Positions 38,354-52,392 are shown, counted from the stretch's first letter. The stretch: 64,000 nucleotides of DNA from the human T2T-CHM13v2.0 reference genome, Homo sapiens (GCF_009914755.1 NC_060942.1), one strand, 5' to 3'. The notes: generated by a model from the letters alone, not told the origin. Numbers and translations: made by a program.

Positions 38354-38690
38354 CTACATATGCAGACATACATGTACGATTGTTATAAAACAACCTCACA
38401 TTTTTATTTTTTATTGCTTTTCAAATTTAATTCTGAATGGTTAACTTATATTCCTAGTTTGAAAACCAGAAAGTAGAAACTGTTTTTTGCCCTAACGTTT
38501 TGTGATGAGCATTTTTCCAGGCCATTAACATTTCATAAACGTGTTTTTTAATGACTCCAAAATGTAACACATGTGGATGCACATCATTTACTCAGCCGTC
38601 CTCTGTGGGTAGGTGTTCAGGTTGTTTCCAGTTTTTCACGTTTGTAGCAACTCAGTTGATGAGCTCCTGAGCGCGAGTGTGTCCTGCAGT
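38170..38690 (-). mobile_element. Old L1ME 3'-end fragment containing a (CA)n
   Basis: aaataacatctgttagcattttggtatatttcctt...ttcaggttgtttccagttttt. Confidence 0.65.
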
Positions 38691-39329
38691 TGGATTGTGG
38701 GATGGTCTTTCAAGACGAGAGAGAGTGGAGGGAGAGGAGAGGAGCCCCGTAGGAAGCCGGCCTCCACCCAGTCTGCAAACACACCTGCTCCCCTTGCCAG
38801 CCCCGGGCTTTGCTGCCGGCCCTGGGGGCTTCATGGAATGGGGCCTCCTGGGCTTGATGGCTGGGGAGCTGGCATCTCCAGAGTCCCTTCCTCAGCCATC
38901 AGCACACACTGGAGGGGCCAGGAGTGGAAGAGCAGCGATGTCTGTCCTGGGTCGGTCACACCAACACAGCGGGAAAACTCTGAGAGCAGCTAGAACCAGC
39001 CCATCTGGAATGTTGAGAGACCCAGAAATAATTGGACCTAACTCTGTTACTAGATAGGAAAGTGGGACTGTAGGAGCTGAGAAACTTGCCCCACATTTGC
39101 ACAGTTGGTTCCTAGCCATGCAGGACGCACCCCAGGCGGTCACCCCCACCTTCCCCGGGCCCTCCTTCCACGCTGTGCTCCACACTCAGTGCTCTCAATG
39201 CAGCATGGACGCACCTTCCTCAGGCCTTCACTCCCTCCTAGTCCAGAGCTTCTGGATTCCTCGCTCCTTGTCCCCCTCTCTGTCTCTCACTTTCTTCTGC
39301 GTCTGCATACATGGTTTCCCTTCTGTCTT

Positions 39330-39652
39330 TTCTCTTTGATGCCTCTGTCTCTCTCTGTCTATGTATCTTTCTCTCTGTCTGTCTCTAACTCTGTCTCTTT
39401 TTCTATTTCTGTATCTCTCTGTCTCAGTACCTCTCTCTGTCTCTCTGTCTCTGTATCTGTCTCTCTCTATTTCTGTATCTCGCTGTCTCTGTCTATCTCT
39501 ATTTCTGTATCTCTGTCTCTGTGCCTCTCTCTGTCTCTGATTCTCTCTCTGTATTTCTGTATCTCTCTGTCTCTGCCTGTCTCTGTCTCTGACTCTCTGT
39601 CTGTATTTCTGTATCTCTCTGTCCCTGTGCCTCACTCTGTCTCTGTTTCTCC

Positions 39653-39702
<50 letters not shown>
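39330..39702. repeat. (TC/TCTG)-rich pyrimidine tract followed by (CA)n
   Basis: Recurring tatttctgtatctctctgtctct, then (tc)n(ca)n. Confidence 0.93.
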
Positions 39703-39703
<1 letters not shown>

Positions 39704-40025
39704 TCTTGCACTGGCAATGTCCTCTGCTTGATTTGTCCTCCCCTCCCAGCCGCAAGCCTCCTGCACATGATAAAATCCTCCTCATTCTTCACCTTCAAGT
39801 CTCCGCTCAAATGTCTTCCCCTCTGGGAAATCTTCTCTAACCTTTCCAGACAGAGGGAAAAGCTGTCTCCTTTGGGCCCAGTGGTGCCTCGTTCATGGCC
39901 TGTTATTGCACTCGTGGGAGGCTCAGAGGGTCTCTGCCACCTGCACTGGGCTGAGACCCTCAGGATCAGGACTTGGCTGGAGCCCAGTCCATAACAGGCA
40001 TTGGGTGCAAGCTTGGTGAATAACG
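39703..40025 (+). mobile_element. L2 3' fragment
   Basis: ttgcactggcaatgtcctctgcttg...ccttcaagtctccgctcaaatgtcttcccctctgggaaatcttctct. Confidence 0.6.
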
Positions 40026-40129
40026 TGCTCAGTAAAGACATTTTCCAGGCTACTTAAGTCACAGACACCTATGGAAACTAAGCTATTACCACAACCAAGC
40101 ACAAAATATCACATCTACGTCCTCCGATG

Positions 40130-40365
40130 CTGCTTTGGTAGAAATCTTTGGTTTGGAGTCAGACACTTTGGTGCCAAGACAGGTTTTTATAAGTTAGGAG
40201 GACAGGGAGCAAGTCATTTCAGCTCTGAATCTTGGTTTGTCTTTCTGTAAAGTGGGAGTATTATCTACCACATGGTAGTGGTTAGACAAAATACAGAAGA
40301 AGTACCTGGCACTAAATAGTGCTCAATGCACTCCACTTAGCATTATTACTGTTGTTATTATTTAC
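40130..40365 (+). mobile_element. MIR
   Basis: tttggagtcagac...gcaagtcatttcagctctgaatcttggtttg...ctgtaaagtggg...cctggcactaaatagtgctcaat. Confidence 0.7.
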
Positions 40366-40376
40366 TGGGCCATTTT

Positions 40377-40822
40377 TGTGATGGACAGAATAACGTTCCC
40401 CCAAAGATGTCCACATCTTAGTCCCCAGAGTCTGTGAATCTGTTCCTTACACAGCAAAAAGGACTTTGCAGTTGGGATGAAGGACCTTGAAATGGAGAGG
40501 TGGTCTTGGTGGACTGGATGTAATCACAGGGATCCTTATACGAAGGAGGCAGGAGATCTAAGCAAGAAGGAGAAGTGACCATGGAGGCAGAGAGAGAGAT
40601 TGGAGGTGCTGCGCCATGGCTTTGAATATGGAGGAAGGAGCCATGGACCAGGGGATGCAGGTGGCATCTAGAAGCTGGAAGAGGCAAGGGGATGTGTTCT
40701 CACTGGGAGAAGGAACATAGCCCCGCAAACCCATTCTAGACTTCTGACCCCCAGAAGGGTAGGAGAAGAAATCTGTGCTGCTTTAAGCCACTACATTTGT
40801 GGTCATTGGTCACAGTAGTGTA
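40377..40822 (+). mobile_element. MLT1D-like MaLR LTR
   Basis: tgtgatggacagaataac...ccccaaagatgtccacatc...ctagaagctggaagaggcaagg...tttaagccacta. Confidence 0.88.
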
Positions 40823-43489
40823 GCCATCTCAGACAGTTCTCTGGACTAGAACGCTGGATGGATTCCTACGGCCCACGGGATGAATTCCAATCTCCTTATT
40901 GGAGTATTAGGGACTAAACTCACTTTCCAAAAGCCTCACATTCCCCTAAAGAGCTGGCACTATCTTCCCAGTTGCTACCAGAAGGCTCAGTCTGACAAGT
41001 TGCTTGACAGTGGGAAAAGACATCTGAAATTGAGACTCCCCGGAAGTCGTAGGTCAAACCCCTTCCCCGCCCACAATGTTCATTTCAGCCAGTGGTCAGT
41101 GGTCCTTCCTCAGTGCTCCAGGCCACCTGCCTTGCACCTAGGCACTGCTGTGAGCCTCCCTCCTGGAGCTTCCTCATCCTCTAAGATCCTCCAAGACCCG
41201 CTTCAGTCCTCCGCTCCATGCTGGCCCTCCCGGACCTCCTCACCGGCACGAGCCTTCCTGCTGCAGGCTCTCCTGGCTGCCATCGCGGGACACAGCTGCG
41301 GCAGCGCTGACAGCAAAGGCGGCACATGCAGGTTCCTGCAGGGCTTGTGTCTCACCTCTTCCCTTGGATCACAGGCCCCGGGAACACCGGCCTTGCCTCT
41401 GCATGCCCCCGTGGCTCCCAGCAGAGCCTGCCACGCATGCAGAGTCACTGGAACATATGACTTGGTCTTCAAATGCATGATAGGTAGCTGGAAGGATGTA
41501 GGTCTCAGTCCAAGGAAGTAGAGCTGGGGCACAAAGAGAAAACCACTCAACCAAGTCTCCCCTGACGCCTACACTTCCTTAGGGACAAGAAGGAAAGAAG
41601 CAAAAGCGGCGAGTTCACAGGTGGAGGTGACAGCCCACCCGGGTGACTCTTCCCGCAGACTGGGCTTGGAGAGGGTTGGGAGATGTTCGAATTTTTACCT
41701 CTCACATTTCTAGAAGTTCACCATGTGAACTTTCCACACACTGATTGCTTCCGTGATATTAATTTTCAAAATAAAATCTTTCTTTAAAATGACAAAGTAA
41801 GAAGCAGGACTTAGGAGACCCATCAGCAACGACCCGTTAAAAAAAAATCGCTTTCATTCCAAGGCTCATATACCCGCAGTCACTCAATTTCTTCCCACAC
41901 AGAAGAAAATGGGTTAACAAGCTAACAGCCACGCTATAAACGATTTAAATTAATGATTGATTCCTTTAAAGACAGCGCGGGATCTATCACTGGCATGATA
42001 AGCCTCACCGTGTCCTCTATCTGCATATAGCCGTGTAACACAGCAATATCTGGCAGTAAATATGAAAAAAAATCTATTTTTTCTAGTTTCCAGCATATCT
42101 CCTGAGTCTGAGATATGCCTCGCTTGTTTTTCAAATATTGATGCAAGTAATTCAGCTCCCTTTTCAGGGAGGCCTGTGGACGGGTTACCTGTTGGAGTGT
42201 TGATGCTAATCTCCTTTCTGAAACACAACCCTTCCGAAAAAGGCAGCAGCCCCCCTCGGCGGCGTCGGGCTGGGTTTGGGTGAGTGCAATGATAATTACC
42301 ACTGATTAGTACCACAACAATTGCAATTTTAATAAAAACACCTCCTCCCCAACAGATGATTTTGCGAGCTCCTCTTCTGTTCCTTCTGGCTGTGGAACGC
42401 TGCCTCCCTTCTCAGTGTGGGCCCCACGGGTGCAGTTGCTCCTGCAGGGAGATGGCTGTTGCTTCTCCTAGCCATTTTGGCTGAATCAGTAGCACAGCTT
42501 TAATTTTTTTTTCTTTCTTTCCCTTTTTAAAACATTTTTTTCCAAAGCCTTATGTTTATTAGGGAAACAAGCACATTTTGTTCATCGATATGGGGTTTAA
42601 AAATACAATCTCAGTTGCATTGTCCAAAGCTCCTTCTCTTACTTGCCCCCTTTATGGAGGGCCAGTGTCAGGTAGATGAGCTACCTGAAGCCTCCTGGGG
42701 AGGAAGGAAGAACATAGAAAATGGGTTGGATCAATTCCTCTACTTCCTATGTGGAATGACTTGCACTTTGGGTAAGTTTTTTATGTACTTTTTTTGTTTT
42801 TTTTAAAGCAGGCCAACGGTTTACTCTCTGGTCCTGGCAATGACCAAGAAATTGGGATCCAACAAGTGTCTGAAGGGGACTTTCTCATGGGCAGAGCCTG
42901 AACTGTGATGAGCACAGATGCATTGTGGGAGAATCATGGAAGCTTTCTGGGTATCAGCATCAGGTAGGTAGGAATGGTGCTGCTGGAACCTGGAGAGAAG
43001 CCACAGCTAGCTGAGCTGGCTGTTGGGGGTTTAACTCTCAGCCTCAGCCATTCTGGAACATAGCAGGGCTAACAGCCAATGACATGGCTAGATTTGAGGG
43101 TTATGTCAACACCTACATCCCTGAATATTCTAGGGCTTGCATTCTATCATCAGAAGTTATTGATCTTCAGTACATAAAGTGGAGGGAATATATTAAGCCT
43201 TCTCCATTACACACTTTCTAGTATAAACTTTTTGGTGTAAACAGATTGAATGAATGTAATATTGACATAACATTACAACAGGAAGGAGCCCTCCCCACAC
43301 TCTGCTTCCCAATTTCTCCCAGCCACCCTTGCTCCTCCACCCAGGGTGGGCTGGCTTCTGATGTCCTGTAAGAAGCCACTCATGTAACACCTCCTCTGAG
43401 AACTCCCCACTCCAACCCACTCCCAGGATCCAGTGCCTCTTGCTATCACAACAGGAGTCACTCTGATATGACTGTGTGCTTGGAGTGCG

Positions 43490-43647
43490 GGCTTCCCCAC
43501 TAGGCCAGAGCTCTGTAAAGACAGCAGTGGGGCCTTACATCCTCATTTATTCTACAAACATTTACCATCTGTCTTATGTTTATCCGATTAGCACCATGCC
43601 TGGTACTTGGTGAATACTCAGCTAGTATTTGCAGAATTAATGAATGA
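43490..43647 (+). mobile_element. L2 3' end
   Basis: tagcaccatgcctggtacttgg...tatttgcagaattaatgaatga. Confidence 0.65.
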
Positions 43648-44301
43648 GACAAGAAGAGAATTATGGAATTTTAAAACTACCAGAGGTCGCACAAATGATC
43701 AATCCAAACCTAACACAGTGTTGGCAATTTAAAGATGAGTAAACAGTGACCCAGAGAAACCAAATGACTGAACCATGTAACATGAAGCCCCTACATGGGG
43801 GTGTGTGTTCATGTGCACCAGCTGTATGTGTCTTTGATATCATGTAGGCATTTGGTGTTTTTATTATATATGGTATGTTTAAAAAGCTATATTCTATTTG
43901 GTGTTGCTAATATATAAATATATAATTGACTTTTACACACTTATTTTGTATCCAGTAACCTTGCTACATTCTCTTTGTATTTTTAGAGTTTATCTACAGA
44001 TTCGTTTAGATTTTCTACATATACACTCAAGATGCCTATGAGTAATGATAGTTTTATGTCTTTATTTGCAATTCTTATACTTTGTGTTTTTTCTTGTCTT
44101 ATTGCCTTGGCTAGGATCCCAATCAAATGTTGAGTAGAAGTGCTGGTTTTGGGCAATCTTGTCCCATTTCTTATCTCTGGGGAAAAGCTTTCAATATTTG
44201 ATCATAAAGTATGATGTTTCTGGTAGGATTTTTATAGATACTCTTTAACAGATTAATAATGTTATGTTCCTTGTTTGCTAAGAATTTTTGTGATAAATGA
44301 G

Positions 44302-44663
44302 TGTATTAGTCCGTTTTCATGCTGCTGATAAAGGCATACCTGAGACTGGGCAATTTATGAAAGAAAGAGGTTTAATTGGACTTACAGTTCCACATGGCTG
44401 GAGTGGTCTCAGAATCATGGTGGGAGGTGAAAGGCTCTTTTTACACGGTGGCAGCAAGAGAAAAGGAGGAAGAAGCAAAAGTGGAAACCTCTGTAAACTC
44501 ATCAGATGTCATGAGACTTATTCACCACCATGAGAATAGCATGGGAAAGAACAGTCCCCATAATTCAATCACCCCCCACCCTGGGTTCCTCCTACAATAT
44601 GTGGGAATTCTGGGAGATACCATTCAAGTTGAGATTTTGGGGGGACACAGCCAAATCATATCA
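44302..44663 (-). mobile_element. THE1 (A/B-like) solo LTR
   Basis: tgtattagtccgttttcatgctgctgataaag...gacacagccaaatcatatca; TSD atgag/atggg. Confidence 0.95.
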
Positions 44664-45124
44664 ATGGGTGTGGAATTTTATTGAATAGCTTTACAGTTAT
44701 AGCTTTATTAAATAAAATAATTATTTCCCTGTTATTAATGTGGTGAATTATATTGGTTAATTTTAATGTTAAATTATCCTTATATTCCTGGAACAAACTC
44801 AATTTGAATGTGATGTTTTCTTCTTTTAATATGCTATGAGATTTGAATTGCTAATTTTCATTTGAGATACTTTTCATTTACGTTTATGGGACATTATCGT
44901 GTAAATTTTCTTTTTTTATAATGTCCTTAATTGGGTTTTGACATCAAGGTTATTCTGTCCTCATAAAATGAGTTGGGCAATGCCCACTCTTACATTTTGG
45001 ATAGCATCATTTTTTTGTCTTACTATTCTCTAAATGTTTGTAAATTTTTCACCAGTGATGGCTTCTGCACCCAGAGATTTCTTAATGGGGATATTTTAAA
45101 TTTTAAAAAATTAAACTGCAAAAT

Positions 45125-48100
45125 ATCATTTTTAACTTAGATTCAGGGGGTACATATGCAGGTTTGTTACCTGGGCATATTGTATGATGCTGAGGTTTGG
45201 GGTATGACTGATCCCATCACCCAGGTACTGAGCATAGTGCACAATAATCAGTTTTTCAACTCTTAGCCCTCCCCGCTAGTAGTCCCCAGTTTCTATTATT
45301 GCCATCTTGATGTCCATGAGTACTCAATGTTTAGCTCCCACTTACAAGTGAGAATATGTGGTATTTGGTTTTCTGGTTCTTCATTAATTCACTTAGGACA
45401 ATTAATTTGCTTAGGGAAGTATGGCCATTTTAACTATATTGATTCTCCCAATCCAGGAACATGTAATATTTTTCCATTTGTTTGTGTCATCTATGATTTC
45501 TTTCTCTGTGTTTTGTAGTTCTCCTTGTAGATATTTTTCACCTCTTTGGTTAGATGTATTTCTAAGTATTTTATTGCTTTGTGTGGCTATTGTAAATGGG
45601 ATTGCATTCTTGATTGTCCTGAGCAAATTAATGATTGTCTTAGCTACATCCATTTTGCTGCAAAGGACATGATTTTGTTATTTTTATGGTTGTGTAGTAT
45701 TCCATGTGTCTATGTGCCATATTTTCTTTATCCAATCCACTGTTGATGGGCACCAAGTTTGATTCCATGTCTTTGTTATTGTGAATAGTGCTGTGATGAA
45801 CATGAAAGTATATGTGTCTTTTAGGTAAGATGATTTTTTTTGGATATATACCTGGTAATGGGATTGCTGGGTTGAATAGCAGTTCTAAATTCTTCAAGAA
45901 ATCTCCAAACTGCTTTCCACAGTGGCTGAACTAATTTACAATTCCACAAATAGTACACAAGCATTCCCCCTCTTCTGTAGTCTTGCCAGCATCTGTTGCT
46001 TTTTACTTTTTAATAACAATCATTCTGACTGATGTGAGATAATATCTCATTGTGGTTTTGATTTGCATTTCTCTGATGATTTTTGACATTGAACATTTTT
46101 TCTTGTTTGTTGACTGCTTGTATGTCTTCTTTTGAGGAGTGTCTGTTCATGTCTTTTGCCCATTTTTTAATGGGGCTATTTGTTTTTTGCTTGTTCAATT
46201 ATTTAAGTTCCTTATAGATTCTGGATATTAAACCTTTGTCGAATGCATAATTTGCTAATATTTTCTCCCATTCTGTAGGTTGCCTGTTTACTCTGTTGAT
46301 AGTTTCTTTTGCTGTTAAGAAGCTCTTTAGTTTAATTAGGTCCCACTTGTCAATTTTTGTTTTTGTTGCAATTGATTTTGAGGACTTAGTCAGAAATTCT
46401 TTCCCAAGGCAGATGTTCAGAATTTCCTAGGTTGTCTTCTAGGATTCTTGTAGTTCGAAGTCTTGCATTTGAATCTTTAATCCATCTTGACTCAATTTTT
46501 GTTATGGTGAAAAGTAGAGGTCCAGTTTTATTCTTCTGCATATGGCTAGTCAGCTAACCCAGCACCACTTATTGAATTGGGAATTCTTTCCCCAATGCTT
46601 ATTTTTGTCAACTTTGTCAAAGATCAGATGGCTATAGGTATGTGGCTTTATTTCCGGGTTATTTATTCTGTTCCATTTGTCCATATGTCTGTTTTTGTAC
46701 CAGTACCATGCTGTTTTGGTTACTGTAGCTTTATAGTATAGTTTGGAGTCAGGTAATGTGATGCCTCTGCTTTGTTTTTTTGCTTAGGATTGCTTTGGCT
46801 ATTCTGCTTTTTGTTTGTTTCATATGAATTTTAGAATAGTTTTTTTCTAGTTCTGTGAAAAATAATGTTGGTGTTGAAAGGGGCACCATTGAATCTGTAG
46901 ATTGCTTTAGGAAGTATGGCCATTTTAACTATATTGATTCTCCCAATCCATGAATATGTAATATTTTTTCATTTGTTTGTGTCAACTATGATTTCTTTCT
47001 CTGTGTTTTGTAGTTCTCCTTGTAGTTATCTTTCACCTCTTTGATTAGATGTATTTCTAAGTATTTTATTGTTTTGTGTGGCTATTGTAAATGGGATTGC
47101 ATTCTTGATTTGGCTCTCACTTGAATGTTATTGGTGTATAGAAATGCTGCTGATTTTTGTATATTGATTTTATATTCTAAAACTTTACTGAAGTCATTTC
47201 TGGATGTAGAATCAGATTGTCTGTGAAGAGAGATCGTTTGACTTTGCTTCTTATTTGGATGCCTTTTATTACTTTCTCTTGCCTGATTGCTCTGGTTAGC
47301 ACTTTCAGTACTATGTTGAATAGGAGTAGTGAGAGTGGACATTCTTGTCTTGTTCCAGTTCTCAAGGGGAAATCTCCCAGTTTGTGTCTGTTCAGTATGA
47401 TGTTGGCTATGGCTTTGGCATAGATGGTTCTCATTATTTTGAGATATGTTCCTTTGATGCCTAATTTCTTGAGGGTTTTATCATGAAGGGATGTTGGATT
47501 TTACTGAAAGCCTTTTCTATGTCTATTGAGATGATCATATGGTTCTTGTTTTTAATTCTGTTTATGTGGTGAATTACATTTATTGATTTGCATATGCTCA
47601 ACCAACCTTGATCCTAGGAATGAAGCCTACTTAATCATGATGAATTAACATTATGGTTTGCTAGTATTTTGTTGAGGATTTTTGCATTTATGTTCATCAG
47701 GGATATTGGCCTGTGGTTTTTTTTTTCTTCATCGTGTCTTTGCCAGGTTTGGTATCAGGAAGATGCTAGTTCCTCCTCCTCAGATTTTTGGAATACATTC
47801 AGCAGTATTGGTACTAACTCTTCTTTGTATGTCTGGTATAATTGGGCTCTGAATCCACCTGGTTTGAAGTTTCTTTTTGGTTGGTAGGCATTCTTAAATT
47901 AATGATTCAATTTTGGAACTTGATATTGGTCTGTTCAGGGTTTCAATTTCTTCCTGATTCAATCTTGGGAGATTGTGTGTTTCCAGGAATTTATCATTTT
48001 CCTCTAGATTTTCTAGTTTGTGTGCATAGAGGTGATCATAACAGACTCTGAAGATCTTTTGTATTTTTGTGAGATTGGTTGTAATGTCACCTGCGTCATT

Positions 48101-48865
48101 TCTGATTGTGCTAATTTGGATTTTCTCCCTTTTATTTTTTGTTAATCTAGCTAGTGGTCTATAGATCTTGTTTATCCATTCAAAGAACCAACTTTTGGTT
48201 TTGTTAATTCTTTTTATGAGTTTTTGGGTCTCAATTTTGTTTAGTTCCACTCTGATTTTAGTTATTTTTTTTCCTCTGCTAGCTTTGGGGTTAGTTTGTT
48301 CTTGTTTTTTCTAGTTCCTCTAGGTATTTTGGGATATTTCTTGCTTTTTGAGGTGCGTATTTAGTGCTATAAATTTTACTCTTAACACATCTTTTACTGC
48401 ATTATGGATATTTTGGTATGCTATGTTTCTGTTTTCATTTCTTTAGAAGAATTTTTTGATTCCTGCCTTGATTTTATTGTTTACCCAAAAGTCATTCAGG
48501 AGCAAATTGCCTAATTTCCAGGTAACTGTGTGGTTTTAGAAGGTTTTCTTGGTGTTAATTTCTATTTTTATTCCACCGAGGTCCAAGAGTATGGTTGGTA
48601 TGATTTCAACTTTTTTGAATGTATTGAGACTTGCTTTATGCTTAAGAATGTAATTGACCTTGGATTATGTTCTGTGTGCAGATGAGAAGAATGCATATTC
48701 TGTGGTAAATGGGTGGAGTATTCTATTGATGTCTATTAGGTCTAATTGGTCAAGTGTTGAAGTTAAGTCCAGAATGCTGTCTAATGCTGTCAGCGGGGTG
48801 TTGAAGTCCCCCACTATTATTATGTGGCTGTCTAGGTCTTTTTGTAGGTCTAGAAGTGCTTGTTC
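45125..48865 (-). mobile_element. Older primate L1 (L1PA13-16-like), 5'-truncated, ORF2 disrupted
   Basis: 3' UTR ttagattcagggggtacatatgcaggtttgttac...; ORF2 remnants 48665..48880(-) 'IIVGDFNTPLTALD' (endonuclease), 47894..48250(-) '[16 protein letters not shown]' and 47177..47434(-) '[19 protein letters not shown]' (RT). Confidence 0.95.
45401..45634. other. Complex templated insertion inside the L1 3' UTR
   Basis: 45416-45615 copies 46911-47110 (8 mismatches in 200 by eye), flanked by direct and inverted copies of 45381-45402. Confidence 0.9.
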
Positions 48866-49070
48866 AACTTTAAAAATCAATATAAGACTTTTCGAGTTTA
48901 TATTACTTCTTTTGTAAGTTTGATTAAGTTACTCCTTTCTAGGAAATTTTTCATTTGGTCTAAACTTTGAAATTATTTGGCATCATTATGTAATATTTTC
49001 TTTTAACTTTTAATAGGTATAGAATCAGAATCTATAGCATTATCTCTTTTTTCATCACTGATATTGGTAA

Positions 49071-49417
<347 letters not shown>

Positions 49418-50753
49418 TTAGTCAGTCTTGCCACATATTTATCAATTTTACTAGTCTTCTCAAGTAATTAATTTCTGACTTTGTTAATTCTGTCTACTAT
49501 AGGTTTATTTTCCATTTCATTGATTCTGCTCCCATCCTTATTATTTCCTCCATTCTGCTTTAGTTGGGTTTAGTTTGTTGCTTTTTTAAAATAACTTCTT
49601 GAGATTGACATTTGCATCATAGATTTTTCAGCTTTCTTCTTTTTAAATATATGCACTTAAGGCTATAAATTTAGCTGTAGCTGCACAGAGACTCACATAT
49701 TTTGGTAAGTTATATTTTTATTATAATTCATTTCAAAATATTTTCAAATTTCAAAATATTTTTATTATTTCATTTTCTTTATAGCTTGTTGGTTCTTTTA
49801 ATAATCACCCTAACTATGATAATCTTTGAATAATATAAATTAGTGCTTTTGTCACTTGCAAGGCAATGCTAGGGTTTTGGAACATTTAAACTACCTTTTC
49901 CTACTCCAGACTTTTGTTTTGGTGAGAATAAGCCCAATAAGATCATGCATTATATTACAAAATTTGGACCACACATGACATTATCATTATTAACTTGTTT
50001 AGCCAATATTGAAATATATGTATGTTAAATATACATCCACATTTCCTTCATTCATTTCTGTACTATTTTTAGTATGTCTGGTATCATTATTTTTCCGCCA
50101 GAGGAATGTTTTATATTTTTTTAGTGTGATTCTAAAAGTTGATAAATTCTCTCTGCTTTCATTTATTTATTTATTTTTATTTTATTGGAAATATTTTTAT
50201 TGTGTTTCTATTTTTTGAACATTATTTTTGCTGGGTATAGAATTCTATAGGTTGGCAGTTGAGTTTTTTCAGCATTTAAAAAATATTCCTTCATTGTTGA
50301 GAAAGCAACCATCAGTAACAGCATTTCATCTTTGAACATAATGCATGTTTTAAATCTATCTGCTTTAAATTTTCTCTTCATCTCTGGTTTTCAACAGTTT
50401 TAGCATGATGTATCTAAGTGCGCTTGGCTTCATAGTTATCCTGCTTACATTTCATAGTGCTTCTTGAATATGGAGCTTTATGTCTTTTATAATTTTTGGA
50501 AAATTGTTAGCCATTATCTCTTAATATTGCTTATGCCCCCTTCTGTCTTTCCTTCCTTTATGAGAGTCCAATTATGTATACATTAGACTTTTCACTATGT
50601 CTGCTATGCCTTATAATCTCTTTTCCAAAATTTTTACTATTGCTTTAGGTGATTCAGCCTGGATTTTATCTATTTATTTATCTTCTAGTTTACTAATCTT
50701 CTTTTCTTGCCAAATTCAATCTTCTGTTAAGTCCGTCAACTCATTTAATTTTT

Positions 50754-50883
50754 GCTGGACACAGTGACTCATGCCTATAATCTCAACACTTTGGGATGCC
50801 TGAGGCAGGAAGCTCACTTGAGCCCAAGAGTTCAAGACTGGCCTAGGCAAGAGGGCAAACCGTGTCTCTAAAAAAAAAAAAAA
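50754..50883 (+). mobile_element. FLAM / AluJ left monomer
   Basis: gctggacacagtgactcatgcctataatctcaacactttggg...gtctctaaaaaaaaaaaaaa; flanks atttaattttt/atttaaatcttt. Confidence 0.88.
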
Positions 50884-52119
50884 TTTAAATCTTTGCTTTC
50901 TACAGTTTTAATTTAATTCTTTGATGTAGATTCTGATTTATTTTTGGGTGAAATTCTCCACATTGTCATCTATTTTCTTGAATATATTAATTATTAATAT
51001 TAAATTTATTTCAAAGTGCGTATCTGACAACTACAATAACTAGGTCAGGTCATCTCATCTGTTTGTCTATTTCTATTGTCTCTTTTTCTCTTGATCTCAT
51101 TTCTTGGTATGCTAACTGGTTTTTTATTAAATGCCAGATACGGTTTCTAAACCACTATAGATTGTTCCACTCTATCCTCTGGTTGTCAGTTAGTGTGGGC
51201 AATGCCATCTTAATCCAATCAATAATCATGCTATTTCTAGCTGGGGGTCACAGTTTTTATAAATCTTTATCTAACTTTTTTCACCACTGTTCTATGAGTG
51301 TAGCTTTCCAAAAGTTCCAAACGGGAGCTTGTGTATTTAACAGGGTCTCTCTTTCTTGGTAGGTCCGGAAATCTAGCTGCCGTTACTTGGCCAAAGATTA
51401 TGGTTTATGTTTCGGTCAGTTTCCATTTACTTTCTTAGCTTCTTGTCCTGCACAGCTTGAAAATTTGGCAAGTTTCTCCAGTGGAAATCAATGAATGTTG
51501 AACTCACTTCTCTGTATCTTCTTTCCTTCCTGAGATATAACTTTTGTCTCTCTAGCCCTGTGAAATTACCAGAAGCTCTGATGGCTTCTCCATCTCTTAG
51601 CAGCAGTTCCTTGCCCAGGTTCTCAGATATTGTTTTATATGAAGAATCCACAATTACCCTGGGGGAAAGTGTAGCTCATAAAACATCAGCTCACTTCTCT
51701 GAACTTTCCTTCTCTTAGGATTTGGCCCCCACATTCTGGTCTCCTCAGTAGCCCACTAGTGCCTTTCAAAGAAATAACCATATCTAGAGGTCCCTTTCTC
51801 TCTCTAAATACACACACGCACACACACGTATGTATATATTTATCCATCTATACCTATCGTTTATCTCTCTGTTATATCTATCATCTGCCAATCATCAATC
51901 TCTTGATCTATTATTCATCATCTATAATCTATCATCAATTGTAGGTATTTCTATATACCTAAATTCTCTGATTGTTCTTGGCAAGAGCACTGATTTGCCC
52001 AACCTAGAACTCTTCACCCAGTTGTTGCAGGAATCCCCTACCTCTTACTCCCATCAGATGGTCACCTGAATCTTAGGTATTGGCTGGAGACAAAGAAATA
52101 CCACGGTATATAGGTGAAA

Positions 52120-52392
52120 CAGTATTTCCTGAAGTGCTTTCCAGAGTATGGTAATTATCAAAGCTACTACTCAAACAGACAGAAATATGTTTACATAGTG
52201 TGGGAAAGTTGTATACAATACTCTGCTCTTGATAACTTATCACCCACAATTGCACATAAAGAATTCTGAGGATTCTTGCAGTAAAGAACTCTGGTAAACA
52301 TTTTAATCTTATATTTCCCAACCTTATTTGATCATAGAACCCTTCTTTCTCAGAGGGCTTAATACCATCCAAAGCCTACTTTGAGAAATCTG
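52120..52392. mobile_element. hAT-Charlie-like MITE fossil
   Basis: Ends cagtatttcctgaagtg / tactttgagaaatctg are decayed inverted termini; internal gcagtaaagaac...tttcccaaccttatttgatcatagaaccctt. Confidence 0.5.

Noticed and set aside
45411-48880. L1 ORF2-like ORFs as functional CDS
   Set aside because: Fragmented by stops, frameshifts and internal deletions; no ORF1 or 5' UTR. A dead copy.
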